The notes under the pieces are model-generated. The model was not told where the DNA came from. It made no database searches and saw only the letters and a program-made list of their open reading frames with translations. Shown in pieces: positions 1 to 14,261 of a stretch of 64,000 nucleotides of DNA (position 1 is the first letter of the stretch; each line of letters starts with the position of its first letter). This stretch comes from Octopus sinensis (taxonomy: Eukaryota). Location of the stretch: the NCBI RefSeq assembly GCF_006345805.1, contig NC_043012.1, positions 7,006,001 through 7,070,000 of the forward strand. Direction: 5' to 3'. Both the position numbers and the translations under genes were made by a program.

Positions 1-449
1 TGCTTTGAGAGAGGGCCCTTAAAAGGTTAACACATGGTGTTAGGTTTAGATTTAAAGCATGTTTTCCCTTTATATATTTATAATTTATATAGGTTTATGT
101 TACTGACACCCTGATATAACAAACAAGGAGTGTTATTAAGGTTTCATAACGAAAACGTTATTAATTATTTGACGGCGGATTCCGAAGAATTTACCAAATT
201 TAGTAATGAATTTCTGACTCTTGAATCGTGTACTTCTCGTATCTATAAGGTATTATCTTTTATCTTTCACCTGCTTCAGTCACTGGAGGATAACGATCAT
301 GTTGGGGCACCACTTCGAAAGGATTTAGCCGAACAGATCACTTTCTCTTCTGTTAATCCCTTTGGACGAACGTGAATGTTAACAAACCAACACCGTTGGT
401 CAGACGGTGGCGCGATCACAAATATGGGCATCGAGACAGACATACGCAG

Positions 450-450
<1 letters not shown>

Positions 451-488
<38 letters not shown>

Positions 489-509
489 ACACACACACAC
501 ACACCACAC

Positions 510-596
<87 letters not shown>
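451..596. repeat. (CA)n-(TA)n compound microsatellite
   Basis: Direct reading. Confidence 0.95.
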
Positions 597-598
<2 letters not shown>

Positions 599-599
599 A

Positions 600-829
600 G
601 GCGGCGAGCTGGCAGAAACGTTACAATGCCGGGCGAAATGTGTAGCCGTATTTCGTCTGCCGTTACGTTGTGAGTTCAGACCCGCCGAGGTCGACTTTGC
701 ATTTCATCCTTTCGGGGTCGATAAATTAAGTACCAGTTACGCACTGGGGTCGTTTTAATCGACTTAATCCCTTTGTCTGTCCTTGTTTGTCCCCTCTATG
801 TTTAGCCCCTTGTGGGCAATAAAGAAATA
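600..829 (+). mobile_element. tRNA-derived SINE family B, full length
   Basis: GGCGGCGAGCTGGCAGAAACG head, B-box GAGTTCAGACCC, core GAGGTCGACTTTGC...GGGGTCGAT, tail GGGCAATAAAGAAATA. Confidence 0.9.
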
Positions 830-2118
830 TTATATTTATTCATATATATACAATATATATATACACACACACACACACATATATATATATATGCAACTTT
901 CTCTCACTCTTTCTTCCTACTTCTGCCACAAAGCAGAGCAACCATGGTGTAACTCATTATGGTGTGGTAAACTTTCAGACCCTAGCGAATCCTCTGTACC
1001 CCAGGATGGTTCAGCTCTCCACCTGTTAAAGGCCACCGTTTACGGAATGAGAATAACAACGTAGATTTCGCACCTGTGCAACCGCCAGTCTATCGCGTGT
1101 GGTGGGTGGATCTTCAAGTTGCCACACGCATTCTTAGTAGCTTAGAGTAGGCTCGAATTAGAGATTATTCTTTGTGGCTAATGGCGTGAGTCCTGATTGG
1201 AAGAAGAAGAAGAAGAAGAAGAAGAAGAAGAGCTGTAAGTTGCGCATTAATTCACCATAAATGTGCTATTTCTTCTAGATTTGTGTGCATGCAGCCATGT
1301 ATGTATGTATGCACATATGTCATATTCATTAACATTATTTTATCGTCTCTCGTGGAATAAAATATCTCTTAAATTTATCCTAATCGTTGCTGGCAAACGC
1401 TCACGATATCTAACACACTTTCCCGCTTTCATTCTATAATGATAGATAAATATGGAGGCAGTTTCATTTCTGTTTCCATGTCAAGTCTATTTTATGTATT
1501 AATGCACTGAAGTCACAGCATACAGAATTAATAGTGTTACGCGTTAGGAAATAACTTTAAATTTATAAGGTAGCGGATACTGTTACCTGTCTAACGTGAA
1601 AATATTAGCCATTTCCTGGGTTTATACATTGAATTTCATACATAAAATTATCATTGATATAATGAATTGGTAATCGTTTACTTTTTATGTTTAATAATTG
1701 ATGTTTATAGCCCTGCCTTGGTAAGAGCTGTGTCGACCACCATACCTGCTTAAAGGGCAATTTCTTTGTGTTTATCTGTGTGCGCGTGTGTGTTCGTGTA
1801 TATGATGTATACAGTTGCACCGCCGCTTTCTCCGCTGACTAATAACCCATTTATCTCGTTTAATCTGGACAGCATCAATAAGCGCTGATTTGAATTTCCC
1901 GCATCCCGCCGCCATGCCTAAGGTCACCGATTGGTCGCGTAGACTACAGACAAAACAAAAATAGATGGACAGACAGACAGATGGACATACAGAAAGACAG
2001 ACGGACAGACAGAAAGACAGACGGACAGATAGACAGATCGTTCGATTAATCGATAGATAGATAGATAGCGAGATAGAAAGACTGACAGATATGTATGTAT
2101 GTATAGACAGAAAGACAG

Positions 2119-2205
<87 letters not shown>

Positions 2206-2219
2206 AAGATAGATAGATT

Positions 2220-2815
2220 CGTAAGCGAGTCGGGGTAAAATATTTGCAATATTTGTTGCGATTCTACATTCAAATCCCTGTGAGTTCACTTTGGGGTCGA
2301 TAAAATAGAATATCAGACAAGTGCGGGGATCGATGGGGGTCGACTAATAAACTCCTCTTCAAATTGTCGGCATTTTTTATTAAATCAAAAACCATTAGTA
2401 GCGCGTCGAACGAAATGCTTAATGACAATTATTCTAGCTCTTTGCGTTCTGAGTTCAAATCTCGCCGCGGTCAACTCTGCCTTTCATTTTTCGAAAGAGA
2501 AAAAATAAAACAAGGGTCAGTTTAATCGACTTACTTCCTCTCCACATTATTGCGGGCCTTGTGCCAAAAATGAGAAAAAATTATTATTGGATGATCAAGC
2601 AGAATCAGAGCGTCGGAAGCAATGGTATTTCTTAGTGATATTTCGTCTGTCTGGATTTTTTACGTTCCGGTCTCAAATCCTTCCGAAATCATCTTTTACC
2701 ATTTATTCTTCTGATGTTTACAAAATGAAATACAAGTCAAATGCTGAGGTCGGTGATATCAACTAATGCCCTCTCCTCAAGATCGCTAACCTTTGACCAA
2801 AATCAGAAACAATTA
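2220..2815 (+). mobile_element. Three degraded SINE-B copies head-to-tail
   Basis: Repeated GAGTTCA/GGGGTCGA/GTCGGT motifs and GTGCCAAAA...AGAAA tails. Confidence 0.6.
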
Positions 2816-3107
2816 ATGTTTTTCTACCAAGTTATTTGTTTCTTACGAAAGTCTATATGCAATGTATTGTTACACCCAGACGATGGAACCACCCGCTGAG
2901 CTACTCAATAGTCTATCCATCCACCCCATTATTCTACTTCTTTTCTTTCTCTCTCTCTCTCTCTATCTATCTATCTATTTCTTTCTCTCTCACCATCTCT
3001 AAAGGCACTACCGTCGACGTTTTAACCTAGTTTTAAAATTTCTTTTTCTCTTAACAAAGAAATCAGCTTTACAGTCCACCAACACCATCTCACCCCCACC
3101 ACCACCG

Positions 3108-3163
<56 letters not shown>

Positions 3164-4384
3164 GTTGCTATTGTTGTTGTTGTTGTTCGCATTGTTGTTT
3201 CTGCAGCAGTCAGCAACATCAACAACCCGTGTAACACCTCAAAACATGGCTACGAACAGTATTTGTCATCACTAGTATTGCTAACACAACACCTGTAATA
3301 ATCTCAGTCGCATCGCCTCAACAATCCTTACCGTCGCCACCACCACCACCACCACCACCATCACCGCCACTTCCACCTCTACCACCACTGCCACGACTAT
3401 CACCACCATCACCAACAGCACCGTCACTATTGTCACCATAGAGATACCAGCAATACTAACATCACAAACCCATTCCCACGATACCTATCACTGCATCAAA
3501 TCCTCGTCAGCCTGGTCACGAGTCGTTTTTATGTCTCAGGAAAACAACGTCTGCTACCGCCATTACAGCTGTGACTATTACGGAACGACGGCACTTCCAT
3601 GTTAAGTGGGCCTCAAAATAATGAATAGATCCCTTCCTCCACCAAAAATATCACTGAAGTTTTTGTACCCTCTCCTACCCTTTTTATTTATGAGATGGGT
3701 AAATAAATTCTGCCTTTATATACGAGTTTTTTCCATGGTGGTCTTTTCCGTTTTAATACCAATACCGAGTACGCTTTTGAGTCTATGATACAACGCTTCC
3801 TCTCACTATTTCGTCTTTCATCTTTAATCGTTTACTTGTTTCAGTCATACAATTGCAGCCATGCTGGGGCACCAATTTGAAGGGTAGAGTCGAACAAATC
3901 AATCACAGTACTTATTTTTAAATTTAGTACTTGTTTCAATGGGCATTTTTGCCGAACTTGTAAGTTAAGGAGATGGGGTGGAACATAACACGCACACACA
4001 ATGATACACAATCACATTCGACGACTTTCACAGTTTCCTGGCTACCACTTTGGTCAGAAGACATTGATCTGACAGGGGACCTTAGAAGACAGCTACCCAA
4101 GGTGATACGCTGTGGACCTGAATCCGGGATACTTTTTTTAGTCACCGAGGGAAGGAAAGCACCTTTTCTTTTTTCCTTTTCCCCTTTTTTTTTTGTTTGT
4201 ACAGTAAGTTCTGGTCGGTTAATGTTATGTTCAAACTAGAGATCTTGCCCGAATACCTGTAACAAGAAGAACTTGCTAAAGGTTCCCAAGGTAGCCAGGT
4301 GGTGATATTAAACCGGATAACTGATTAAGTTAACCATGCAAAAAACTTAAGTCTGACTCTTAACGACATCAGTTTTATTGATTA

Positions 4385-4890
4385 CTAGCAGTATCGCCCG
4401 GCGTTGCTCGGGTTTGTAAGGGAAATAACTATATAAGCATTTTTAGAGAGTTACTTCCCTTATAAATTCGGGCTTTCTTAGCCATTTTTGTTTTGGTGTC
4501 TTCAAGCCATGAAGTCGTTGTTCTAAAAGAACGCTGGTTTCCTTCACAACGCATTACGACGTTGATTTCTTTACACTCCCTTCCCCACAGCTTCACGAGG
4601 GAGGGAAGGGGGAGAAGCAAACAGGTGCAGGTGTGAGCGTGGACGCCAACTCCGCCGCCATCGACACACGATGCATTTTATGCATTAAAATGGAATAAAA
4701 AATGATGTTAAATTATTTTTAAAATCGTAGACTCATCGTTGACGCGCGCTAATAGTCAGACGGGCTCGATATGAATCACGACTATAAGATACCCGAATTT
4801 GGTTAAACTGCACCGCAAAATGTGGGAGGAGTTAGGAATCTAAATCGAAGGGGACAGACACTCACACAACTAGAGTTTTATATATATAGA
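4385..4890 (-). mobile_element. Non-autonomous Helitron
   Basis: On the minus strand it starts A|TCTATATATAT and ends ...CCCGAGCAACGCCGGG (hairpin)-CGATACTG-CTAG|T. This is the TC...hairpin...CTAG structure inserted in an AT dinucleotide with no TSD. Confidence 0.85.
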
Positions 4891-5227
4891 TATCCTAAAT
4901 CGATATAAATAGACCTTGTTGGACTTGACCCGAGAACCTAACGGATTAAATGTAAAGGCTGTAATGATAGTCAGAGTATTACACATGTACATATAATGAA
5001 AGGCTTTCCACCTGGGATCGTCTTGTTTTTTTTTACGGCAGTGGTGGTCGTGGTGGTGGTGGTGGTGGGGTCAGCACGTTGGAGGTCCACATTATTAAAA
5101 GTGTCCTTTTGTAAGACTTTTGGAAGTGTTTTGAGGGAGATTTGGTTCGTATTTCTAATAGGCAGAGGAACATGCGTAAAGGATCTAACTCGACGTGAAA
5201 GGTGGGAGAGGGTCGAGTAAAAGGGAC

Positions 5228-5273
<46 letters not shown>

Positions 5274-5274
5274 T

Positions 5275-5313
<39 letters not shown>

Positions 5314-6231
5314 GGAGAGAGAATGAGAGAGAGAGAAAGATAGACATGTACGAGTTTCATACATACATACGTGCATATATACATACATACACATACATAC
5401 ACGCACACACACATACACACACACACACAAACATACTCATACATACATAAATGATGAGGAGACAGTGTGTAAGTGTAAGGTGGGTCAGACAGACAATCCT
5501 CTAATGAGTATTTAATATTGCTGAGTAAAAATGTCGGAGGGAAGAAGTACTCGGAAGTTACTCGAAGTTGACAATAGATGAAAGAATATAATAGGGCACC
5601 ATCTGTTAAAAAAACCCTTAATTCTTAGCCCCCGTCCTCCACCCCTCTCTCTCTCTCTCTTTCTCTCTCTCGAGACTAACTCACTTGAAGGAGCGTTTTG
5701 ATGGTCAAGGGATGAAGGGGAGACGCGTGTGAGTGAGGCTATGAGAAGATACTGACGAGAGAGCTATAAAATGGCGGTGGAGGTGGTGGTAACGATGAAG
5801 GTGGAGGCTGCTGTTGTCGAACTGTTTATGGTATTGGTGGTTGCGTGAATGAGAGTGCTAGTGTTGTAGTAACAGTGGTGACGAGTGGAGGTAATGGGGC
5901 TGATAATGGAAGGATGTGAGGGGATGATGGAAGGGTTCAGCAAAAAATTTATTGTTGTTGCAGCGCTTTTCAGGCGTAGATTAACCCTGTTATCAAAGCT
6001 GTAACAGCAATCACATGACCATTTCTGTTGTTTTTTTATTTATTATTTCTCCATGATTGTCTGTGTGGCTCAGAATCTCGTTTGGCAATCACATGGTTTC
6101 AGGTTCAGTCCCACGGTGCAGCACCTTGGACAAGTGTCTTCTAATATAGAGATAGACTGGTCATGAACAGCTGATACTGTAGTACATCTCCAGCGTAAGA
6201 AGCTGTGCAAAGGCAATATTAATGATAATAA

Positions 6232-6642
6232 TAATTCTCTCTACTGGAAGCGCAAGGCCTCAAATTTGGGGGAAGGGATTATGTCGATTATACATCGACC
6301 CCAGTGCATAACTGGTACTGATAAAATCGATCCTGAAAGGATCTAAAGCGAAGTCGACCTCGGTGAAAATTGAACTCAGAACGTAACGGCAGGCGAAATA
6401 CTTATTTCTTTCCTTGTAAATAGGGGAAAAAAAGCCTTAACACAGAGAGGACAAACAAGGACAGACAAACGGATTAAGTCGATTGTATCGACCCCAGTGC
6501 GTAATTGGTACTTAATTTATCGATCCTGAAAGGATGAAAGGCAAAGTCGACCTCGGCGCAATTTGAACTCAGAACGTAACGATAGACGAAATACCGCTAA
6601 GCATTTCGCTCGACGTGCTAACGTTTCTGCCAGCTCGCCGCC
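6232..6642 (-). mobile_element. Dimeric SINE-B (full monomer plus 5'-truncated monomer)
   Basis: The full unit (6404-6642) joins through AAAGAAATAA to a second unit starting GTATTTCG, which ends in an (ATT)n tail. Confidence 0.8.
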
Positions 6643-6650
6643 TTAATAAT

Positions 6651-6708
<58 letters not shown>

Positions 6709-7408
6709 TAGTAAATAAATAAATAAATAAGAATAATTCTCTTTAAAGAAAGACAAATGTCCGAAAAGTCGAGGTTTTTTTTTCTTTGTTTTTCTAACTT
6801 ATTGTTCATGGCTGGTTAACTCAATAAAATAAATTTTATCTACGAATTTTTCTGCACTAAATTTTAACGTCATAAGTTCCAATATTTCCTTGGATTTTTA
6901 GATTTTACTTTTTAATATATATATATATTTAATCTCTTTTATGTAAATAGAAGAAAAAAAACAAAAAACCATAACAACGATTTATTCGTAATTCACATAG
7001 AATCAGTAGACTGTATCGGCTTTGATCTAGTTGTTTCGAATATTGGCCTTGTATTTTTATCAACACAAAACAGATCGATATTCCAGCTATTGTCACTGTT
7101 GCTGTTGGGAGCTGTGGTCATCGTGGTGGTCGTTCTTAATAGCATTGTTGCTCAAATAATAGAGACTGGTGTTGTTACTGTTGTTCATGTTGGTGTTGAT
7201 GGTAGCGCTGGTGGTATGGCTGTTATTACTACTGCTGCTGCTGCTGCTACTACTACTCATACTACCGCCCCCGCTTTTGTTGTCACTTATCTTACTCAAA
7301 CAGTTATTAACAGATTTTCGTGTTTACCATGCATTTATAGCTTATCATTAGCGTTGATAATGATGATCTTAAGGTGTGTCTGTACAGACTAGACATATAG
7401 TAAATTTG

Positions 7409-7449
<41 letters not shown>

Positions 7450-8169
7450 CACATACATGCATATACGTAATGATACACAGACAACAAACACACATGTATG
7501 GATACATATATTAGCATGCATATGTGCGTGTATATGTGTGTATGTGCGTATGTGTGTGTGTATATATCTGTGTATGTACATATGCATGGAGATGCACACA
7601 GAACACACAAACACGCGCGCAGATATCTTACTTACATACATACATAGATACATACATAGTCATTAGGTCCTCCGTCGGTTGGCAACGAGCGTTCAGTTCG
7701 ATTAATTGAACTACATGTTCATTGAATTACAGTGTAACTTGTTGCATATTTCACAGGCATGTGTGTATACATACCCTTATCTTTCTGTGTCTGGTGTGTT
7801 TCTTAATCGCAATTCTCGGGTACTTTAAACATGACCCGGGTACAATCCCTGTGATCAGAACAGTGAGTACTGTAGACAGTTTCATATGTTAGCTATACAT
7901 ACATATATATATACACATACATATACATACATATATATGCATATATATATATATACATATATAACCAGAGTTCTTAAGCTATTTTCAGAGTTATAACTCC
8001 ATTAATGGCGAAGTATATTTATTTGTGTAAGACATTAAAAGATGCATGTGCGTACATACATCTTTCTTGAATACTTCAAATACGCGTTGCAGACACACAC
8101 GCAAACAAACACACACACACACACACATACGCGTTTGTATGTGCGTGTGTATGTGTGTGTAGAGAGAGA

Positions 8170-8535
<366 letters not shown>

Positions 8536-8712
8536 GGCGCTCATAACTCCAACTCTTTCAAACAGTTCAGAGCGGGTTTTAGCTTTCGTATAAAGTATGT
8601 TCTCTTTCAGTGAGAGCTCTTGCCGTCTCAGATATATGCAGAGGATGGTCTTATAGGAAACGCCTTTTAATCATATGTCTGCTTGATGGAGGTTGGGACT
8701 AAAGAATAACGA

Positions 8713-8860
<148 letters not shown>

Positions 8861-10208
8861 TACAGAAACTGCAACTGCAGAAGTTTAAACGTGTGTTTAG
8901 TGTGACTGCTGTACATGTCATCACCGAATCAATGCCTAGGTTTGGTAACCAGCACAGGGCAGCCTTTGGAGTTTAGAGATAAATCTGCCGAGTCAGCTGC
9001 TGCTGCTACTACCGTCACTGCTGCCACTGTTGCTGTTGCTGCAACGGGTGTAGACAGAAAAGTATGATGGGCGTTGTTGTTGATGTTGTGCTTCTTGTTG
9101 TTTAGCCCTCAAGTCTGTACTAATCGAGGAAGCTCATTATCAAAGGCATTCCAGCTTTGATCATGTGTTCCTGTCGTATTAAAAATGAAGCTACACCCTG
9201 GAGAATGTAGTCCTTAGAAACCCCACTCAAAACATACTTCGCTTTCAAAATATAATGAGAGACATATTAGATAATCTTTTTGTAAGCACGAGTTGGAATC
9301 GCAATGGCTGGGAGTATTTGGTTGCAAGTCTATTTGATCAATATTAATTCGGGGCTCCATAAAACCATAACAACGATGGCGATGACGATGACAACAAGCC
9401 TTCTGGCTATTAATTTCAGAGACTCATCATTCTCTGAGCCGGACTCAAATTTCATTTCTACTCTTTTGGGTAAATATTTTTTTTAAAAAAGGTAAATAAA
9501 TAAAATAAAGCTTTCGGCAAACTGAAGCCATCGAGAATGTGATAGGAGAATCTCAGTTTGGAGTGTGAATCGACCATCAGGTCAATAGGTCATAAGGTCA
9601 TAAGGTCATGACATACAGCTTTTAAGTCAATTTACTGAAGGTGCTGAAGTCATTTATCATGTTGTCGACATGTTGCAACAAAGGCACAGGCTTGCCTGTC
9701 CCTATACAATAATGTCTGCGGATGTGTGATTCTAAATAGCTTTACTGTATAGCTTACTAAATTCAAATATGAACTTGTCCTGGGCCCATTGAAAAGAGAA
9801 GATGAAGCAGCTTTCAAATGCCGGCTAAATTTTGTTTCCTTTTTACAAGTAAAGGAAAAAATTCATTCCATTTAATTTTTTTGTACCTTTTGTAAACGCC
9901 ATTCGTATTTGCTTTATCTCAATTTATGTCGTCTGCTTGTTTGAGTTGTTTCCCTTCCACAAATGTTTATTTATTTCGCGAATTACCGATTACCAAAACT
10001 TATTTTTAACATGATTTTTGTATCTGAAAGCAACCCGTGATGAGGTGTAACCTGGTGGTTAAGATCTTGCACTCACGACTGCTAGATCTTGAGTTCTATT
10101 CCCGGGTCGAGCGGTGCGTTGTGTTCAGCAAAACACTTCACATTGCCCCAGTCCACTCAGCTGTGAACAGGAACCCTGGAACGAACAAGCTTTCCGATCA
10201 CGGGGATG

Positions 10209-10416
10209 TACGAGGGGGTGCTGAAAAGATCCTGGCTTTAAGGATATCGCGAAAGGCCTAGTTTGAAGCCCAACCTTCCGGCTTAGAAAAACTCAAGGAC
10301 CACTGCAATAAGTGTGTGAATCTGAGAGAGGAACATGTTGAATAAAATCGTAACTAACTGATTCTCCTGTATTTTCTTTTACTCCTAAACCAGGGACATT
10401 TCAGCGCCCTCTCTTA
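10209..10416 (+). mobile_element. Mariner-derived MITE
   Basis: Imperfect TIRs TA-CGAGGGGGTGCTGAAAAGATCCTGGCTTTA and TAAACCAGGGACATTTCAGCGCCCTCTCT-TA. The interior retains a transposase C-terminus, LEKLKDHCNKCVNLREEHVE*. Confidence 0.75.
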
Positions 10417-11032
10417 TAACAATATCCGATAGTCTCGTCCATCACGTGATAACAAAAACAAAACAACAACTTATTTTGTGGATAAAGCCGGTTCTAATTG
10501 TTTCGCCAATGAGGTCCAATAAAGCCAAAAATACCTGTTGCTGTTACACTGCTAAAAAAAAAATCAGATTTTCCTTTAAGTATGCGAATTAACTTACTTA
10601 TAAATTATTTCGTTATTCATTGAAATTATCTCCATTTTTCTTTGAGTTACTAACAATTACTACAAGATTTTTGTTGCCTTCTTCCAACAAAGAGGAAAAA
10701 TTTTTTTTATTCATTACAAACTTTGGCGTTATTCAGTGCATCCATACATACTTGATGTAGCTCTCAGATACCCATTTATTAAGTGTATGGGAAGCAATGA
10801 CGTTTGTTAAACAGCGGCAAGCTACAACGTTGCGTAATTGGTAACGGTTTTGTTAAATATTAAATACTATGCTTGATATTAAATACTTCAATAAATCTAG
10901 CTGCATGTGGACAAAATACTACTACTTCTACTACTACTACTAGTTGTTTGTTGTTGTTGCTGTTGTTGTTGTTTGGCATCAACTCAACCTTAATTGATCA
11001 AAAACGCTCCAGTAGTAACAAAACCATCCGTT

Positions 11033-11070
<38 letters not shown>

Positions 11071-11330
11071 TCTATCTCTCTATCTCTCACTCTTTCTTCA
11101 TAAATTATCCTGTTTTATTTAAGACGATAGGTACTACGTCGCTCTCGACGATGATCATTCGATTGTTCGATCAAGTAGAAACTATCAACTCTTAAAAATA
11201 ATGTGTTCCTATGTGGCTAGGTATTCCACAGATGCTGTACTCTTAATGCGTATCACAAAGTGACAAAACTGAACTTCTAAATAAACAAGTAAAATCCAGA
11301 GTCTAAGATGGAGAAGGGAAGAGAGAGAGT

Positions 11331-11364
<34 letters not shown>

Positions 11365-11981
11365 GAAAGAGAGAGAGACAGACAGACAGAGGGAAAGAGG
11401 GAGGAGGAAGATAGAGGGAAGAAGGGAGCGGGAAGAAGAGAGAGACGAAGAGAGAGGGAGGAAGAGAGAGGGAAGAAGGGAGTGGGAGGAAGAAAGAGGG
11501 GGGAGGAGAGGAGGAATGAGAGAGGAGAAAAGAGAGAGGAGGAGAAAGTGATAGAAGTAGAAGATGGTAGGGGTGTGGCCGGAGTGAGAGCTGGCTTGTA
11601 TTTCTAGCAATTCGACCGACTGTATAGTGGCTCGCTTCGTTTGCACGTGCCCTCATGTTGATAGTCTGGTCACGTCCAGGAGATTACGACGAGACTTACA
11701 GAGTCTCACCGTTGGCCATTGTATTATAAATTCTTATGATTCTTTACAACTTTTATATTTTCCTGTCCATTTTAAACTTTTGAGTTAACAAAATCTTATC
11801 CGTTCCCCACAAAATACAATCAATATTGTTTTTAATGTCCACAAAGCATGAAGCCGGCACAGATGCTGAGGATCGAACTGGACTTTGTGCAGCGTTTCAG
11901 GGCTTAAGTGTTGTGAATTGCTGTAATATGATCCGTTTTAGTTTAGATAAATATATAAATAAATAAATAAATAAATAAATA

Positions 11982-12207
11982 TAGTAATCCTTCGCCGTAT
12001 CGCGGTTCACCTATCGCGGTTTATTATTTAAGCTTACGTCGATTCCTCCGCGGTGTTGTTTTGTATTTATAATAAAATAAATATATATGAATTATGAAAA
12101 TAATTTTAAAAATATGCAGTACAGTTCTGTTTCTGCTTCGCAGATTTTCACCTATGGCGTGGGGCTTTTGGAACGTAGCACATCTCTCGATAGTGGAGAG
12201 ATTACTG
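11982..12207. mobile_element. Tigger/pogo-type MITE
   Basis: Left end (T)AGTAATCCTTCGCCGTATCGCG and right end CGATAGTGGAGAGATTACTG form CAGTAATC-type TIRs. TA on the left flank. Confidence 0.65.
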
Positions 12208-12244
12208 AAATAATAAATAAATAAATAAATAAATAAATAAATGC

Positions 12245-12392
12245 CTGGTTGAGTGGTCAACACAGCCCCTTAGTTTGGGGTTCAGTGCCACTACACGAGA
12301 CATCGGGCAAATGTCTTCTGGTATAGACTCGAGCCGACAATGCCTCGTAAGTCAATTTGGTAAACAGAAATTATGGGGAAGCCCCGTCGTGT
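12245..12392 (+). mobile_element. Degraded SINE-A 5' half
   Basis: GGGTTCAGTGCCACT...GGGCAAATGTCTTCT...GAAGCCCCGTCG. Confidence 0.6.
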
Positions 12393-12404
12393 GTTTGTGT
12401 GTGT

Positions 12405-12437
<33 letters not shown>

Positions 12438-12453
12438 GTGTGTGTGTGTGTGC

Positions 12454-12498
<45 letters not shown>

Positions 12499-12904
12499 TG
12501 AAGTAACTTGTGTACCTCATTGACTTTGAGAGGTAAACCAGAAAAGCGCAAGCAGCCACTAGGACCTCCTATGGTGGACACGACAAAGGATAGAGTCCAG
12601 ACGAATATGGACCACCCCTTCCCAGAGGTAAGAAAAAAATGAGCCCTGCGTAGAGCCAACTTAGTGTAAAAGAAAATTACAGATGCATCGATGACAATTC
12701 AGAACAAAGGCAACCTGAGAGAGGAAGGCCTTCCGTCGGGGAAGACAGCCAAGAATTGACAACAGTCATAAAATGGTGTTGATAGCCTTTGCTCCATCGA
12801 GAGCAAAAAGGCTTAAATATGTTTCCTCGTTAGCTCAATAAATAACAATGGTTAATATGAGAAATTAATATTTACGTCTGACTTCTGACGTCATAAGCAG
12901 ATGA

Positions 12905-13070
12905 GATATAGACGCCTTCCACAGAGAAAAAGTAATCCATCCATGTCATTTGTCCTACAAGGAGACTTCAGTGCACATGTTGCTACCGATTACCGACGTA
13001 GAACGGAGTGATTAGGAGAAATGGTGACCCTGAACTCAATGCAAATGGAGAGGCCTCTTTATTAGCAATA
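12905..13070 (+). mobile_element. LINE apurinic-like endonuclease fragment (RTE-like)
   Basis: SFVLQGDFSAHV, then after a frameshift GVIRRNGDPELNANG. This matches the GDFNAHVG...GVIG..G...N.NG endonuclease motif. Confidence 0.65.
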
Positions 13071-13129
13071 CATTCTTCCATCACAGATATATTCATAGGT
13101 TTACCTGGTATAGGGATACTTTGGAGGAA

Positions 13130-13672
13130 GTCAGATCAGGTCAGTTCACGTAAGGTATGAGGCATGCGCCGTGGCAGCGCGTCGTTGCAGCCACCATTTG
13201 TCTGCCTTTAATCGGGTCATCACGAGGCAATCCTTCAAGCGGTATCCCAGTCAGATTCCATCTCTGTGAAATACTTCCTCGTCCGTTGTGATCATGTGAC
13301 ATGTGGTCGACCAACACTACCCAACCCAGCCGAATCCTCAGAGAAGAGAACACGATGCGCAGGATCCAACTCGGAAAAATCGAGCAATATGACCAACCAG
13401 TCTGAGTTGACACTCCCGAGTCATACAAGCAACAAGATGCATCCCAGTCTGTGAGCAGAGTCGTTGGTTGGATATAAAATCCGACCAATGGTAACCCATA
13501 ATCCTGCGAAACGTCTTGGTACCAAAGGGTTTCAGGCGGCCCCTAAAGGACTCCAAGCAGGGTTTAAATCTGGCAACATCAAAACAGGGAGGATCAGAGA
13601 CCCGAAGACCTGCTCAGATATTGGCAGCATCAGGGACCCTTGTACAACCTCAGATTTTCCTCAGCAGAGATA
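13130..13672 (-). mobile_element. RTE-clade LINE 3' fragment
   Basis: Minus frames give QVFGSLILPVL...FGTKTFRRIMGYHWSDFISNQRL...RECQLRLVGHIARF...AATTRCHGAC. Ends in a (CTGAC)-type tail at 13130-13146. Confidence 0.85.
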
Positions 13673-14261
13673 GTAATCTATTCCTTTTTATTTAATTAGT
13701 CACTAAAAAGGAAGGGTTGTGAGGATAACATTTCTAAATGTAACCTAATACAACAACAACTAAAAACCCCAACAAATAAACAAAAAAGAAATCTGGACTG
13801 ATGCGAATGTTGCAAACAGAGTGTACACTTGTAAAGTAGCCCGGAGCGCCAAATGATGAAGTTGAATGCGGACGACAGAATAATGACTACAATAGACAGA
13901 AAGCTAACACACTTGCTTCGCTAACCGGAGAATTTCTACTTTGATGAATTATTTTGAAATATTTATTTTGCCGATTTCCTACCAAAGGAAATAATGATTA
14001 CTTAATGGAATCACAAAATACGATACAGAAAAAAATGGTACATATCAAACATCACACACACACAAGGACCGGCGCGCGCACATACACAAGGACATGCGCG
14101 CACAGATATATTTTCATACATACATACATACATACATAGATACATAAATACATACATACACACATACATACATACGGCTGTGAATATACAATCAAAAGTC
14201 GAGGAAAAAAGAGAATATTTATGGCGAATTAATACCCTTGCACCTTGGTTATAAACTCTGA

